A stretch of 64,000 bases of DNA from a virus: the IMG/VR virus record IMGVR_UViG_3300023199_000127, positions 32,001 through 96,000 of that record; one strand, written 5' to 3'. Shown here piece by piece: positions 56,681-64,000 of this stretch. Under the pieces are notes generated by a model. It ran no database searches. It had not been told where the DNA came from and was given only the letters and a program-made list of their open reading frames with translations. The translations under genes were made by a program, and so were the position numbers. Numbering within the stretch: position 1 is the first letter of the stretch; each line of letters begins with the position of its first letter.

Positions 56681-56914
56681 TTAGCTATCCTTCTTTAGCA
56701 TGAAGACGAAGGAGCCCTTGTACTCTCCTTCAATCTTGATGCGACCGCGCACTCCTCCATCGACTGGCTCCACTCTGATATCCCCCTGCTCTGCTTGGAA
56801 GTACTCATTGAGATACTGACCCAGAGCATGGATGAAGGTGTTGAGTGCCTCGACATTGGCATTAGGAGAACCCGCTTTAATGGTCTCTTGGAAGGTTTTG
56901 GAATCATGAATCAT
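56681..56914 (-). CDS. Hypothetical protein (77 aa)
   Basis: ATGA overlap with the upstream gene. Plausible composition. Confidence 0.55.
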   Translation of the reverse strand: MIHDSKTFQETIKAGSPNANVEALNTFIHALGQYLNEYFQAEQGDIRVEPVDGGVRGRIKIEGEYKGSFVFMLKKDS

Positions 56915-57207
56915 GAGGAAGAGTCAGGCGACTCGCCATCCCCATTGGGATGGCGAGTGCTTTGATTGTTGATAGTATGAATGGCCCGGGATCGGTGATA
57001 ATCTTCTGCTCGGGCCTCCCTTGCCTTCGTCACCGCAATAGATATCATCACCTGTTGTACCACCCTGCCCAAGATGTAGGGCAACCAGATCATGATGAAG
57101 CACCAGGCAGTAACGCTCGGCTTATAGCCCCCAGACATCCAGAGGGCAACGATCAGCAAGATCGTGCCCTCTACCAGGGCCCAGAGGAACTGGCGTTGTC
57201 TATCCAT
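56911..57207 (-). CDS. Two-TM membrane protein (start MDRQRQF at 57207)
   Basis: Two hydrophobic stretches (FLWALVEGTILLIVALWM; VTAWCFIMIWLPYILG) and a polar tail. Overlaps the clpP stop. Confidence 0.55.
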   Translation of the reverse strand: MDRQRQFLWALVEGTILLIVALWMSGGYKPSVTAWCFIMIWLPYILGRVVQQVMISIAVTKAREARAEDYHRSRAIHTINNQSTRHPNGDGESPDSSS

Positions 57208-57793
57208 AGCGCTTAATCTTTCCACCAGGGAGGATGATGCCATCCACTAGGCCCCATTCTAGCACCTCTTCAGCCAGGGCGTAGGTGTCCAGTCCCTTGC
57301 CGCGGCGATTGGCCTGGCCGAACCACCACAGGTAGTTCTTGTTCGTCCGCTCAGCCATAGCCTTGGCATAGAGCTTCTCCATCTTCTCGTAGTGCTCCAT
57401 GGTGACCTTGGCGTTATTGTGCCGCTCCTCCAGTCCATAGCTCTCTTCGTGGAACATGAACTGGGTGTGGGGATAGCAGAAGCGCTCGTCGCCGGCCGCA
57501 AGGACGAGCGGCGCAGCGCTCATGATCTTGCCAATGGCAGTGACACGGATCGTGTGCTGGTGGGAGCTGCGGATAGCATCATATGCAGCCCACATCTCGT
57601 ACTGGTCACCCCCACAGGAGCTCAAAACCACGTCGATAGGGTCATTTCCATGAGACTTCAGGATCTCAAGACCCATGACGAACTGGCTGATGCTGTCCTC
57701 GTCGACATCGCCCCACAAAAACAGCCTCCTGTCCCGAAAATTCAGGCCATAGGAGAAATAGTTGTCGATGTAATCGGGTGCTAGTCGCGCCAT
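57200..57793 (-). CDS. clpP: ClpP-family serine protease subunit (197 aa)
   Basis: RRLFLWGDVD, SSCGG, IMSAA (Ser), FMFHE (His), LDTY (Asp), EWGLVD. SD GAGGAGG. Confidence 0.85.
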   Translation of the reverse strand: MARLAPDYIDNYFSYGLNFRDRRLFLWGDVDEDSISQFVMGLEILKSHGNDPIDVVLSSCGGDQYEMWAAYDAIRSSHQHTIRVTAIGKIMSAAPLVLAAGDERFCYPHTQFMFHEESYGLEERHNNAKVTMEHYEKMEKLYAKAMAERTNKNYLWWFGQANRRGKGLDTYALAEEVLEWGLVDGIILPGGKIKRYG

Positions 57794-57811
57794 TGGATCC
57801 TCCTCGGATCT

Positions 57812-57820
57812 AGTGTACCA
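57812..57820 (-). promoter_or_regulatory. Putative extended -10 promoter for the clpP operon
   Basis: TGGTACACT (TGnTAnnnT) on the - strand just upstream of the clpP SD. No clear -35. Confidence 0.4.
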
Positions 57821-58110
57821 TCAGAGGGGGTGAAAAAAGATAAGTGGTTACACGACAATGGTTTACGCCATTTCTGTGTCTTATCTGAGATGCGGAGCCG
57901 AAATAGAGTGTGAGGTGCCCATGGAAAGGCTACAATGGAGATGTGCGGCATTTTACCGCATTATGGGTCCAGAGGACGAGGAACAGATCGTACTACATAG
58001 AAATCTCTACGTATATACCTGTGGTAACCCAGATCCAGCTTCATTGATCTGCAACGGTTCCATCAGAGTACCGTTAGCTGCTCACATGAGAAGGCTAAGG
58101 TGAGTTCCTA

Positions 58111-58497
58111 ATGGCAAAAATTACCTCTCTACCCACACTGAGACTCAGTGTCGTACGAGGCATCACGTTCTTCCTGGAACATCCTGTCACCAATGATGAT
58201 GCTGTAGGCGAAGTCTACTTGCCGGAAGAACTCGTGATAGATGAATTGCGCGCAGTTGTGCGCGACGGCATTACCCCGTCCGTCACCTTTACCCTACGCT
58301 TTGCATCAGACAGAAATGCTGCCGGCATAGAAGTGGTTACAGGCGGAAGCATTATCACGAGCCAGCAGGGCCAGAGTATCTCTCTGCTAGACAACGACAC
58401 GATCCCAGCGGGATCGTGGGTCTGGCTTGAGATCATTAACGCCACCACTGGTGTTGACCTTCCCGAATCCTTCAGCGTTACTATCGTAGGCCAATAA
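58111..58497 (+). CDS. Small beta-sandwich virion-type protein (128 aa)
   Basis: AAGGTGAG SD. DTIPAGSWVWLEI pattern seen in fibre accessory domains. Confidence 0.55.
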   Translation: MAKITSLPTLRLSVVRGITFFLEHPVTNDDAVGEVYLPEELVIDELRAVVRDGITPSVTFTLRFASDRNAAGIEVVTGGSIITSQQGQSISLLDNDTIPAGSWVWLEIINATTGVDLPESFSVTIVGQ

Positions 58498-58499
58498 CC

Positions 58500-59666
58500 A
58501 TGGCTACGATACTCACTAATGGGATCATTGCCCGTGCAGAGGCTGACACATGGGCTCATGCATTTCAAAGTCCCAACATCACGCCCTACCAAGACCCCAG
58601 TCTGATCATGGGCAACTTCTTCATTGGCCTGCAATCGACCATATTCTGGAAGTTCACAGGGCACGGCATTCCTCGAGGTGCTCAGATAGAATCTGCTCTC
58701 ATCGACATGGATGCCGCATTCACTAGTGGTGTCGGCACCAAAGCATCTCGCTTTACTATCTCAGACATGTCTGGCCATAGATCAGAGGCGTTGCTCGATA
58801 ACACCTTTGGTCCCGCCTGGAGAGCAATGCTATGGGGAAGGTTTAAGGTCATTCTGCGTAACAGCCCATCCTCTATTATCACTGACACTCTGCCATCTAT
58901 CGCTACGAATGGCGCCTGGGCCATTCGCTGGCAGAACAACTCTGCCGGTGGTGTCATGAACGACCAAATGGCTCAGCGTATCACGCTTGGAGCCTCTCCG
59001 GGTGTCCTTGGATCTGCTCAGCTCCAGCTCAACAGAGTTGGAGCTCCGGCAGGCAACATGCAGGTGCAGATTGCTGCTGTGACGACTGTAAATGGACTCA
59101 CGGTCCCAGGGTCTATCCTGGCAAGCTCCAACACCATCACAGCTTCCAGTATTCCCCTGACGCCAGGCCTTGTGACCTTCAACTTCTCTGGGGCCAACCA
59201 GATCTCGTTGCCGGCGAACACTGATGTGTTCTTGATCCTTCGGTCTACGCTACCCTACAACGTGGACGGAACGAACTTCATTAACTGGCACCAGCAACGA
59301 GCATTCTTTGGAGCGGGTGGTGGCCGACACTATGGCACCGGCGTGGACTTTGACTTCCAGAACTTCCCTGGTGCAGCTGATGTCTACCAGGTGCAATCTG
59401 TAGAAGGCCTTACCCCAACAGTGCCCTGGGATACGCCCCCATTCACGGCTGGCAATACCTACCAAAGCCCTGACCTAACTGCATTGGTTCAACACGCGGT
59501 TAGTAGACCCACATACAACGATGGGGGACCCATCGTTGTATCGTGGATACCAACCAACACGAATAATTTGAACAGACGGATCGCATCATTCAACCACCCA
59601 ACATTGAACTCTGCTGAATTGGTAGTGACCTATCGCCAGCGCCGCATATGGACGATGATCTCATGA
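58500..59666 (+). CDS. Fibre/adhesin-like protein: DNRLRE/CBM-like domain with an inserted second beta-sandwich (388 aa)
   Basis: FTGHGIPRGAQIESA..; YQSPDLTALVQHAVSR..RRIASF..AELVVTY. Insert AQRITL..AQLQL..GNMQVQI..VTFNF..L..NT...ILR. Confidence 0.5.
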   Translation: MATILTNGIIARAEADTWAHAFQSPNITPYQDPSLIMGNFFIGLQSTIFWKFTGHGIPRGAQIESALIDMDAAFTSGVGTKASRFTISDMSGHRSEALLDNTFGPAWRAMLWGRFKVILRNSPSSIITDTLPSIATNGAWAIRWQNNSAGGVMNDQMAQRITLGASPGVLGSAQLQLNRVGAPAGNMQVQIAAVTTVNGLTVPGSILASSNTITASSIPLTPGLVTFNFSGANQISLPANTDVFLILRSTLPYNVDGTNFINWHQQRAFFGAGGGRHYGTGVDFDFQNFPGAADVYQVQSVEGLTPTVPWDTPPFTAGNTYQSPDLTALVQHAVSRPTYNDGGPIVVSWIPTNTNNLNRRIASFNHPTLNSAELVVTYRQRRIWTMIS

Positions 59667-60226
59667 GCGTACTCCACGCATTCAAAACCAGCACGACATT
59701 TCACCTATCCCTGCTCATTGAAACCCTAGGTGAAGGAGGCGTAGCCGGAGCTACGCCGACGGTAGGCATTAGGGAAAGCGATACCGACGACTTGTACCTG
59801 GACTGGGATGATATGACGTTCAAGACAAGTGGCTGGGGTACCCAGTATGCCGCCATGGAAGATCATGGAAACGGGTACTACAGACGATTGCTGAACTTCT
59901 CAGCAATCACCAATCTAACCACAGATCCAACAAAAATGTTGGTGGCGGAGTATACAGCTCCTGCCCACGGCGTCGCACAGGACCTGATACAGATGAACCC
60001 GGTGATGCTCGAGGAGATCAGGGACGGTGTCATAGGCACCGGATTCATTGATGTGGCCTCGGATCCCAACGGATGGCAGGAGCTGCGATATCAACGAGGT
60101 ACAAACACTGTAGTGGCGCGCTTTGAGCTCTATGATCAGGATAGTGTGCGAATCACACAGCAACGCAACCCTCTAAACACTCCCGGGATTCTCATCTCGG
60201 AACGCAGGTGGATTGGAGACACCTAG
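59663..60226 (+). CDS. Hypothetical structural protein (start ATG 59663)
   Basis: ATGA overlap with the previous gene. YLDWDDMTFKTSGW..MEDHGNGYY. Confidence 0.55.
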   Translation: MSVLHAFKTSTTFHLSLLIETLGEGGVAGATPTVGIRESDTDDLYLDWDDMTFKTSGWGTQYAAMEDHGNGYYRRLLNFSAITNLTTDPTKMLVAEYTAPAHGVAQDLIQMNPVMLEEIRDGVIGTGFIDVASDPNGWQELRYQRGTNTVVARFELYDQDSVRITQQRNPLNTPGILISERRWIGDT

Positions 60227-60432
60227 TGCCGTTTGGATCACCGGCCTCCAAGGGCATACAGCCGCTAAACCCCTCGTTCTCTAGTACTAGCACTCAGACT
60301 AACGAGCGGATTGTGGCTATACACATTACAGAGGGCATACTGGGAACGTGCAGTCTGATTGCACCTCCTGCACCCACTCCTACTAGCACTAGGTCATATC
60401 GAACCATGCCAATAGGTTACTGCAACGCTCCG

Positions 60433-60660
60433 CTATGTAGCATGCCATCTCAGCCATCCTCGTAGATGTACCAATGTGAAGAGGATCTGAGAGAACCACA
60501 CGGCCGGAGATGCCATCAAGATGCCGGCGGCGATCCATAGGAGATCGCCGACGCCTTGGAATACCCAGCCCGTGATACACCTGTTTCCAAGCCGGGTATA
60601 CCCATAGAGAAGCAGACCAGTACCTAGAATGCCCAGAAGCTCAGGAAGCAAATCCATCAC
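60433..60660 (-). CDS. Small membrane protein, PnuC-fragment-like (75 aa)
   Basis: Three hydrophobic helices with a GW..G..LW..F..G..RW pattern. Confidence 0.45.
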   Translation of the reverse strand: MMDLLPELLGILGTGLLLYGYTRLGNRCITGWVFQGVGDLLWIAAGILMASPAVWFSQILFTLVHLRGWLRWHAT

Positions 60661-61036
60661 AGGGATCCCCGACGGTCAGATTGAATCTCTTGCGAAGCTG
60701 TTGAGCACTTTCCTCGAGATACACAATCTTGTTTTTGACACGCTCGAGAGCCTCAGCTTCAGCCTCCTCACGAGTCTCAAAGCTGTCATCGCCCTCCAGG
60801 CTGTCCCAGCCATCGGCACTACGACCTAGGGGAGAAAACTCTTTGTCAGGCCCATAGCGCTGCTCAACCGCCCAGTGATTTTCAAAATCTGCACCGGGAG
60901 AACCAGAATCGAACTGGCCCCACGGATGATCCACCCATTTCACACAAGTCTCATAGAAAGTAGCTCGGTACTCTACGATTTGATAATCGTGTGAAATCCT
61001 ATACCAGTAGCGTGTGGCCAAATGTCGCTCGCTCAT
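60641..61036 (-). CDS. Hypothetical protein (131 aa)
   Basis: GGAG SD. Overlaps the downstream gene. Confidence 0.55.
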   Translation of the reverse strand: MSERHLATRYWYRISHDYQIVEYRATFYETCVKWVDHPWGQFDSGSPGADFENHWAVEQRYGPDKEFSPLGRSADGWDSLEGDDSFETREEAEAEALERVKNKIVYLEESAQQLRKRFNLTVGDPCDGFAS

Positions 61037-61054
61037 GCTTACTCCGTATAGGCG

Positions 61055-61282
61055 CTACTGGCAACGCTTCTCATGCTCTCGACCAGCTTCAAAGGCCTGC
61101 ATGGCCTTCACACGAAGTCCAGGCGGGACATCTGTCCACACCCCGTCATACCCAAGCTGATAGGCCATATCGATTTTGGCATCAGACATCAGGGAACCAG
61201 GGTTAGCTTGATGACTGGCGCCAAACTCACGACAGGCATTCTCTCCCTCGAACTCTTCTACGTCTTTGTGTAGTCTGTCCAT
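61055..61282 (-). CDS. Hypothetical protein (start MDRLHKD, TGATG overlap)
   Basis: GAGGA SD and coupling with the stop of the upstream ORF. Confidence 0.55.
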   Translation of the reverse strand: MDRLHKDVEEFEGENACREFGASHQANPGSLMSDAKIDMAYQLGYDGVWTDVPPGLRVKAMQAFEAGREHEKRCQ

Positions 61283-61587
61283 CACGCTTTCCTCTTCGGG
61301 CAAGGGGTCTGGGAGCCAGGAACCTTGCCCGCCGGCCCATTGCGTTCCACGATCATGATAGCCATGTTGTGACTCTCATCCGTATCACGCAGGAGCCAAT
61401 AGCGCCTGCGTGTCGGAGAATCAATGAGCTGACAAATCTGATCAATCTGACGATCATCAAGCTCATGACCCGGCCCAACAGTCGGCGGGCTATCACAGTG
61501 AAAGCACCCCTTAGCAGGCACATCATTGGACCTGATCGGGAGAAAACACTTGCAGCAAGGTCGATACTTAGGCATTGGCGAATTCAT
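61282..61587 (-). CDS. Hypothetical zinc-finger protein (101 aa)
   Basis: CCKC..CFHC motif. Confidence 0.5.
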   Translation of the reverse strand: MNSPMPKYRPCCKCFLPIRSNDVPAKGCFHCDSPPTVGPGHELDDRQIDQICQLIDSPTRRRYWLLRDTDESHNMAIMIVERNGPAGKVPGSQTPCPKRKA

Positions 61588-61849
61588 TCATTCGTCTGTA
61601 CTGAGACCAAGTCATCCCAGACTCCATCAGGCGCCACTCGTTCAAAGCTATGACGATGGACAACTTATGGGAGTCACCATGCTGACGATGGTCCATGTAC
61701 ACGTGGTAATTCATAAGCGGAGACCTCTCCAGCTCTTTGCGCTCCTCGGGACTAAGCCGGGGCTCAATGAGTAGACCAGCTCCGTCCTCTCTCGACTCTA
61801 CTCTAGGAGACTGGGTGGATTTCGTGGAGGACTTGGACATCATGATCAC
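61568..61849 (-). CDS. Hypothetical protein (93 aa)
   Basis: Fills the gap in the coupled - strand operon. Confidence 0.45.
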   Translation of the reverse strand: MIMMSKSSTKSTQSPRVESREDGAGLLIEPRLSPEERKELERSPLMNYHVYMDHRQHGDSHKLSIVIALNEWRLMESGMTWSQYRRMNEFANA

Positions 61850-62456
61850 TCACTAGTTGTACCGTACGACCCATGAAGGTACGCGGTAGAGACGAGAAGT
61901 ATTCCTGGTGCAGGTGTCCAAACACCAGGTGCTCAATCTTAGTCATATCCAGAGAGTCTTTCCAGATTTCCTTGGCTACCTGATTAGAGAAAAACGGGAA
62001 ATGGGACATGAGAATGTGGGCATCACCAGCAGTGATGGCCATAAGCTGAGCATGCTGGCCCTCTTGCTCACGAGTCAAAGTGTCATGGTGGTGAGACCAG
62101 GGAAGTGAGCCATAATTACCACCCTCCAGAAGAGCAACGTCTGGTATCGGCTTCTGCTGATAGTAGTGCTTCTCACTGAGAAGAGACTTCTTCATCCAGC
62201 TTTGCCACCAGTCATTGTTCCCAGGCACGAACGTGACTTCGTATGCACTAAGGGCATTACTGAGTCTGCGGTCTGCTTTCTCCCAGTCCTGTACAGGGTC
62301 GATGATATCGCCCAGTAGGACGATACGAGACCCGATGGGAATATCACGCAGTTCCTCATGGAACCGCTCCTCAGTCTCGCTGATTGTGCCTACCAGGTGT
62401 AGGCACGAAGTCGCGAACAGCTTCGTGGTCTCGGATTGCGCCGAGGATTCGCTCAA
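61803..62456 (-). CDS. Metallophosphoesterase with atypical motifs (217 aa)
   Basis: TSCLH (in place of SDLH), GDIID, PGNND, SHFP, FGHLH. Confidence 0.75.
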   Translation of the reverse strand: MSESSAQSETTKLFATSCLHLVGTISETEERFHEELRDIPIGSRIVLLGDIIDPVQDWEKADRRLSNALSAYEVTFVPGNNDWWQSWMKKSLLSEKHYYQQKPIPDVALLEGGNYGSLPWSHHHDTLTREQEGQHAQLMAITAGDAHILMSHFPFFSNQVAKEIWKDSLDMTKIEHLVFGHLHQEYFSSLPRTFMGRTVQLVSDHDVQVLHEIHPVS

Positions 62457-63030
62457 TTGTTACCTCTTCCGGATTCTTCACAGCACAGAGACGACAGCCT
62501 GCCTCTAGGCAGGCTCTCTGACCATTGATGTTGTCTTCAACTACTAGAACCTCAGCCGGCTCAAGCTCCAACCTACGGCAGGCCTCGAGGTAAATGTCCG
62601 GATGGGGCTTTGGGTTATCGACATCCTCATTAGAAAGAGTGAATTCCATGAATGGCATAGCACCAACACCAGTGACCATCAGATCAACAGACTGACGAAT
62701 GGAATTGGAGGCACAGCCCAGTTTGTACCCACGGTCACGGAGGCCCTGCAATAGGGCCACCGTGCCGGTATCAATTCGCACAACCTCAGCAAGCATTTCT
62801 GAAGTACAGTCCTGCTTAAGCTGCCAGATGCGCGTTGCCTCTTTTCCCTCGATACCAAGCATCTTCATCTTCACATTGGTCGGCAGTCCATCAAACTTAC
62901 CCTTATGGTCTCCACGACTAATAGGGTCATGTCCTGCTCTTTCCAGAGCCTTATTCAAGGCCTGGTAGTGCAGGTCACATGCATCGAACAGGACGCCATC
63001 CAAATCGAATACGACAGCCCGGATCTTCAT
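62371..63030 (-). CDS. HAD-superfamily phosphatase (beta-PGM-like; 219 aa)
   Basis: FDLDGVL (motif I), CASNS (II), KPHPDIY (III), VVEDNING (IV). Confidence 0.9.
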   Translation of the reverse strand: MKIRAVVFDLDGVLFDACDLHYQALNKALERAGHDPISRGDHKGKFDGLPTNVKMKMLGIEGKEATRIWQLKQDCTSEMLAEVVRIDTGTVALLQGLRDRGYKLGCASNSIRQSVDLMVTGVGAMPFMEFTLSNEDVDNPKPHPDIYLEACRRLELEPAEVLVVEDNINGQRACLEAGCRLCAVKNPEEVTIERILGAIRDHEAVRDFVPTPGRHNQRD

Positions 63031-63040
63031 GCTACTTACC

Positions 63041-63868
63041 CTAGCCTGTATCCTTCATACCAAAGGGCGTAGCACTTTGCTTAGGATATACACTAATATC
63101 GCAGCTTGAGAACTTCTCCACATCCTCCGGCGTGCCAATGCCTCGCATTACACACGACAGAGTTTGGCCAATGAACTTCTTGCGAATCAAATAGTTCAAA
63201 GAAGGGGCAATGTAAAACTCCCCATTCACCATATCACCCACACGCATCATTTCCTCAATGGCTTTATCAGCCATCGAGGTTGAAGCATACACAAAGATAC
63301 CAACAATCGCCTCGGAACACGCCGGCTTCACAACCGGCTTCTCCACACAGGCAGCAATGTACTTTGTTTTGTCCTCAACACATGCAAAACTCCACTTACT
63401 CTCGTCTGCTGAGAACGTGGGAACCATGAAATCCACATCTCCCGCTAGAACCTGATACAGCTTAGCCCAACCTCTATTACCCAAAGGTTTCACCCATTGA
63501 TCACAGTTGGCAATCATGAGAGGGCTTTTCTTGTCGATGGAAATCGCTTCAGCAATCCCCACACGGGCACTACTAGCTTGGCCACGAGGATCCGGATCAA
63601 TAACCGCCTGAAACTCCGTCCGCGGATACTGATCACGCATCTGATGTACTGCTCTGCGAATCTGCTGGTCATTCTCACGATTCGTAACCAAGATACAGTT
63701 CTTCACAAGCTCCATCGGAAGACCGTCCAGCGACCACTGCAATAGCGTCTTGGAATCACCAGTAACACCGTTCTCGACAACGATCAGAGGCTTGGGAATG
63801 CTGGCATCATACCCGGCTTCCATAAACCGACTGCCTTGACCGGCCACGGGAATGACAAGATTGAACAC
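63041..63868 (-). CDS. Sugar-phosphate nucleotidyltransferase (GT-A/NTP-transferase fold; 275 aa)
   Basis: LVIPVAGQGSRF..PKPLI, IANCD, VEKP, VNGEFYIAPSLN, GIGTPEDV. AAGGAGAGG SD, GTG start. Confidence 0.85.
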   Translation of the reverse strand: MFNLVIPVAGQGSRFMEAGYDASIPKPLIVVENGVTGDSKTLLQWSLDGLPMELVKNCILVTNRENDQQIRRAVHQMRDQYPRTEFQAVIDPDPRGQASSARVGIAEAISIDKKSPLMIANCDQWVKPLGNRGWAKLYQVLAGDVDFMVPTFSADESKWSFACVEDKTKYIAACVEKPVVKPACSEAIVGIFVYASTSMADKAIEEMMRVGDMVNGEFYIAPSLNYLIRKKFIGQTLSCVMRGIGTPEDVEKFSSCDISVYPKQSATPFGMKDTG

Positions 63869-64000
63869 TTACCTCTCCTTGCGGGCTTCGCCCACTCTTT
63901 CATTGTACACATGCTCAATATGGCGCCAAAGTAGCCAATGATCCTGCTCCAGGAATCCAGTATGAGCTACAGCATCTTTGTAGGTCTGGGACTGCGGGCC
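63869..64000 (-). CDS. 3' end of an upstream - strand gene (partial)
   Basis: Open frame GPQSQTYK...RKER* running from the window edge, abutting the GTG of the next gene. Confidence 0.5.
   Translation of the reverse strand, partial: GPQSQTYKDAVAHTGFLEQDHWLLWRHIEHVYNERVGEARKER

Noticed and set aside
56911-57207. Holin assignment for the two-TM protein
   Set aside because: No endolysin or spanin nearby, and it lies in a non-late - strand operon.
57858-58103. 81-aa + strand ORF in the divergent intergenic region
   Set aside because: No SD, atypical composition and no motif. The region more likely holds divergent promoters.
60294-60407. - strand 37-aa ORF MVRYDLVLVGVGAGGA resembling an FAD-binding GxGxxG start
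   Set aside because: Too short, no SD, and no downstream Rossmann continuation in any frame. Likely chance.
1-64000. Genome-wide stop-codon reassignment (TAG or TGA)
   Set aside because: Very long ORFs are intact under code 11, and TAG and TGA end genes at coupled junctions and before a terminator.
1-64000. CRISPR array, tRNA/rRNA genes, IS elements, integrase, reverse transcriptase/DGR
   Set aside because: I saw no regularly spaced repeats, cloverleafs, transposase or RT motifs, and no adenine-variant repeat pair. This was a by-eye scan only.

Overview
This window looks like part of a large tailed-phage (myovirus-type) genome, read in standard code 11 at roughly 55-60% GC by eye. No host or family can be assigned from the sequence. 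From 31 to about 56500 there is one almost gap-free, translationally coupled + strand virion morphogenesis operon. In order it encodes: three tail-tube-like paralogs, two paralogous tail chaperones, two giant proteins at the tape-measure position, a 2204-aa baseplate hub, gp25-like and baseplate-J wedge proteins, a long series of fibre/appendage proteins (CBM-like, beta-helix, LamG-like), and four paralogous discoidin-like structural genes. From about 56700 to 64000 the genes are mostly on the - strand (ClpP, small hypotheticals, metallophosphoesterase, HAD phosphatase, sugar nucleotidyltransferase), interrupted by a 3-gene + strand structural island. The main discovery candidate is ORF 8192..13087. 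By eye it carries both double-psi beta-barrel motif sets of multisubunit RNA polymerase (beta-like and beta-prime-like) in one chain. Its DxDxD reads DLDFD and several catalytic basic residues are substituted, and it sits between the tail chaperones and the hub. This suggests a tail-delivered or structurally repurposed RNAP. Other notable items: a discoidin-like gene split in-frame by a 273-nt structured insert; three tiny Lys/Arg-rich ORFs; a four-repeat low-GC fibre cassette; and a nucleotide-sugar/phosphatase cluster. All homology calls come from motif recognition by eye, not from database searches.
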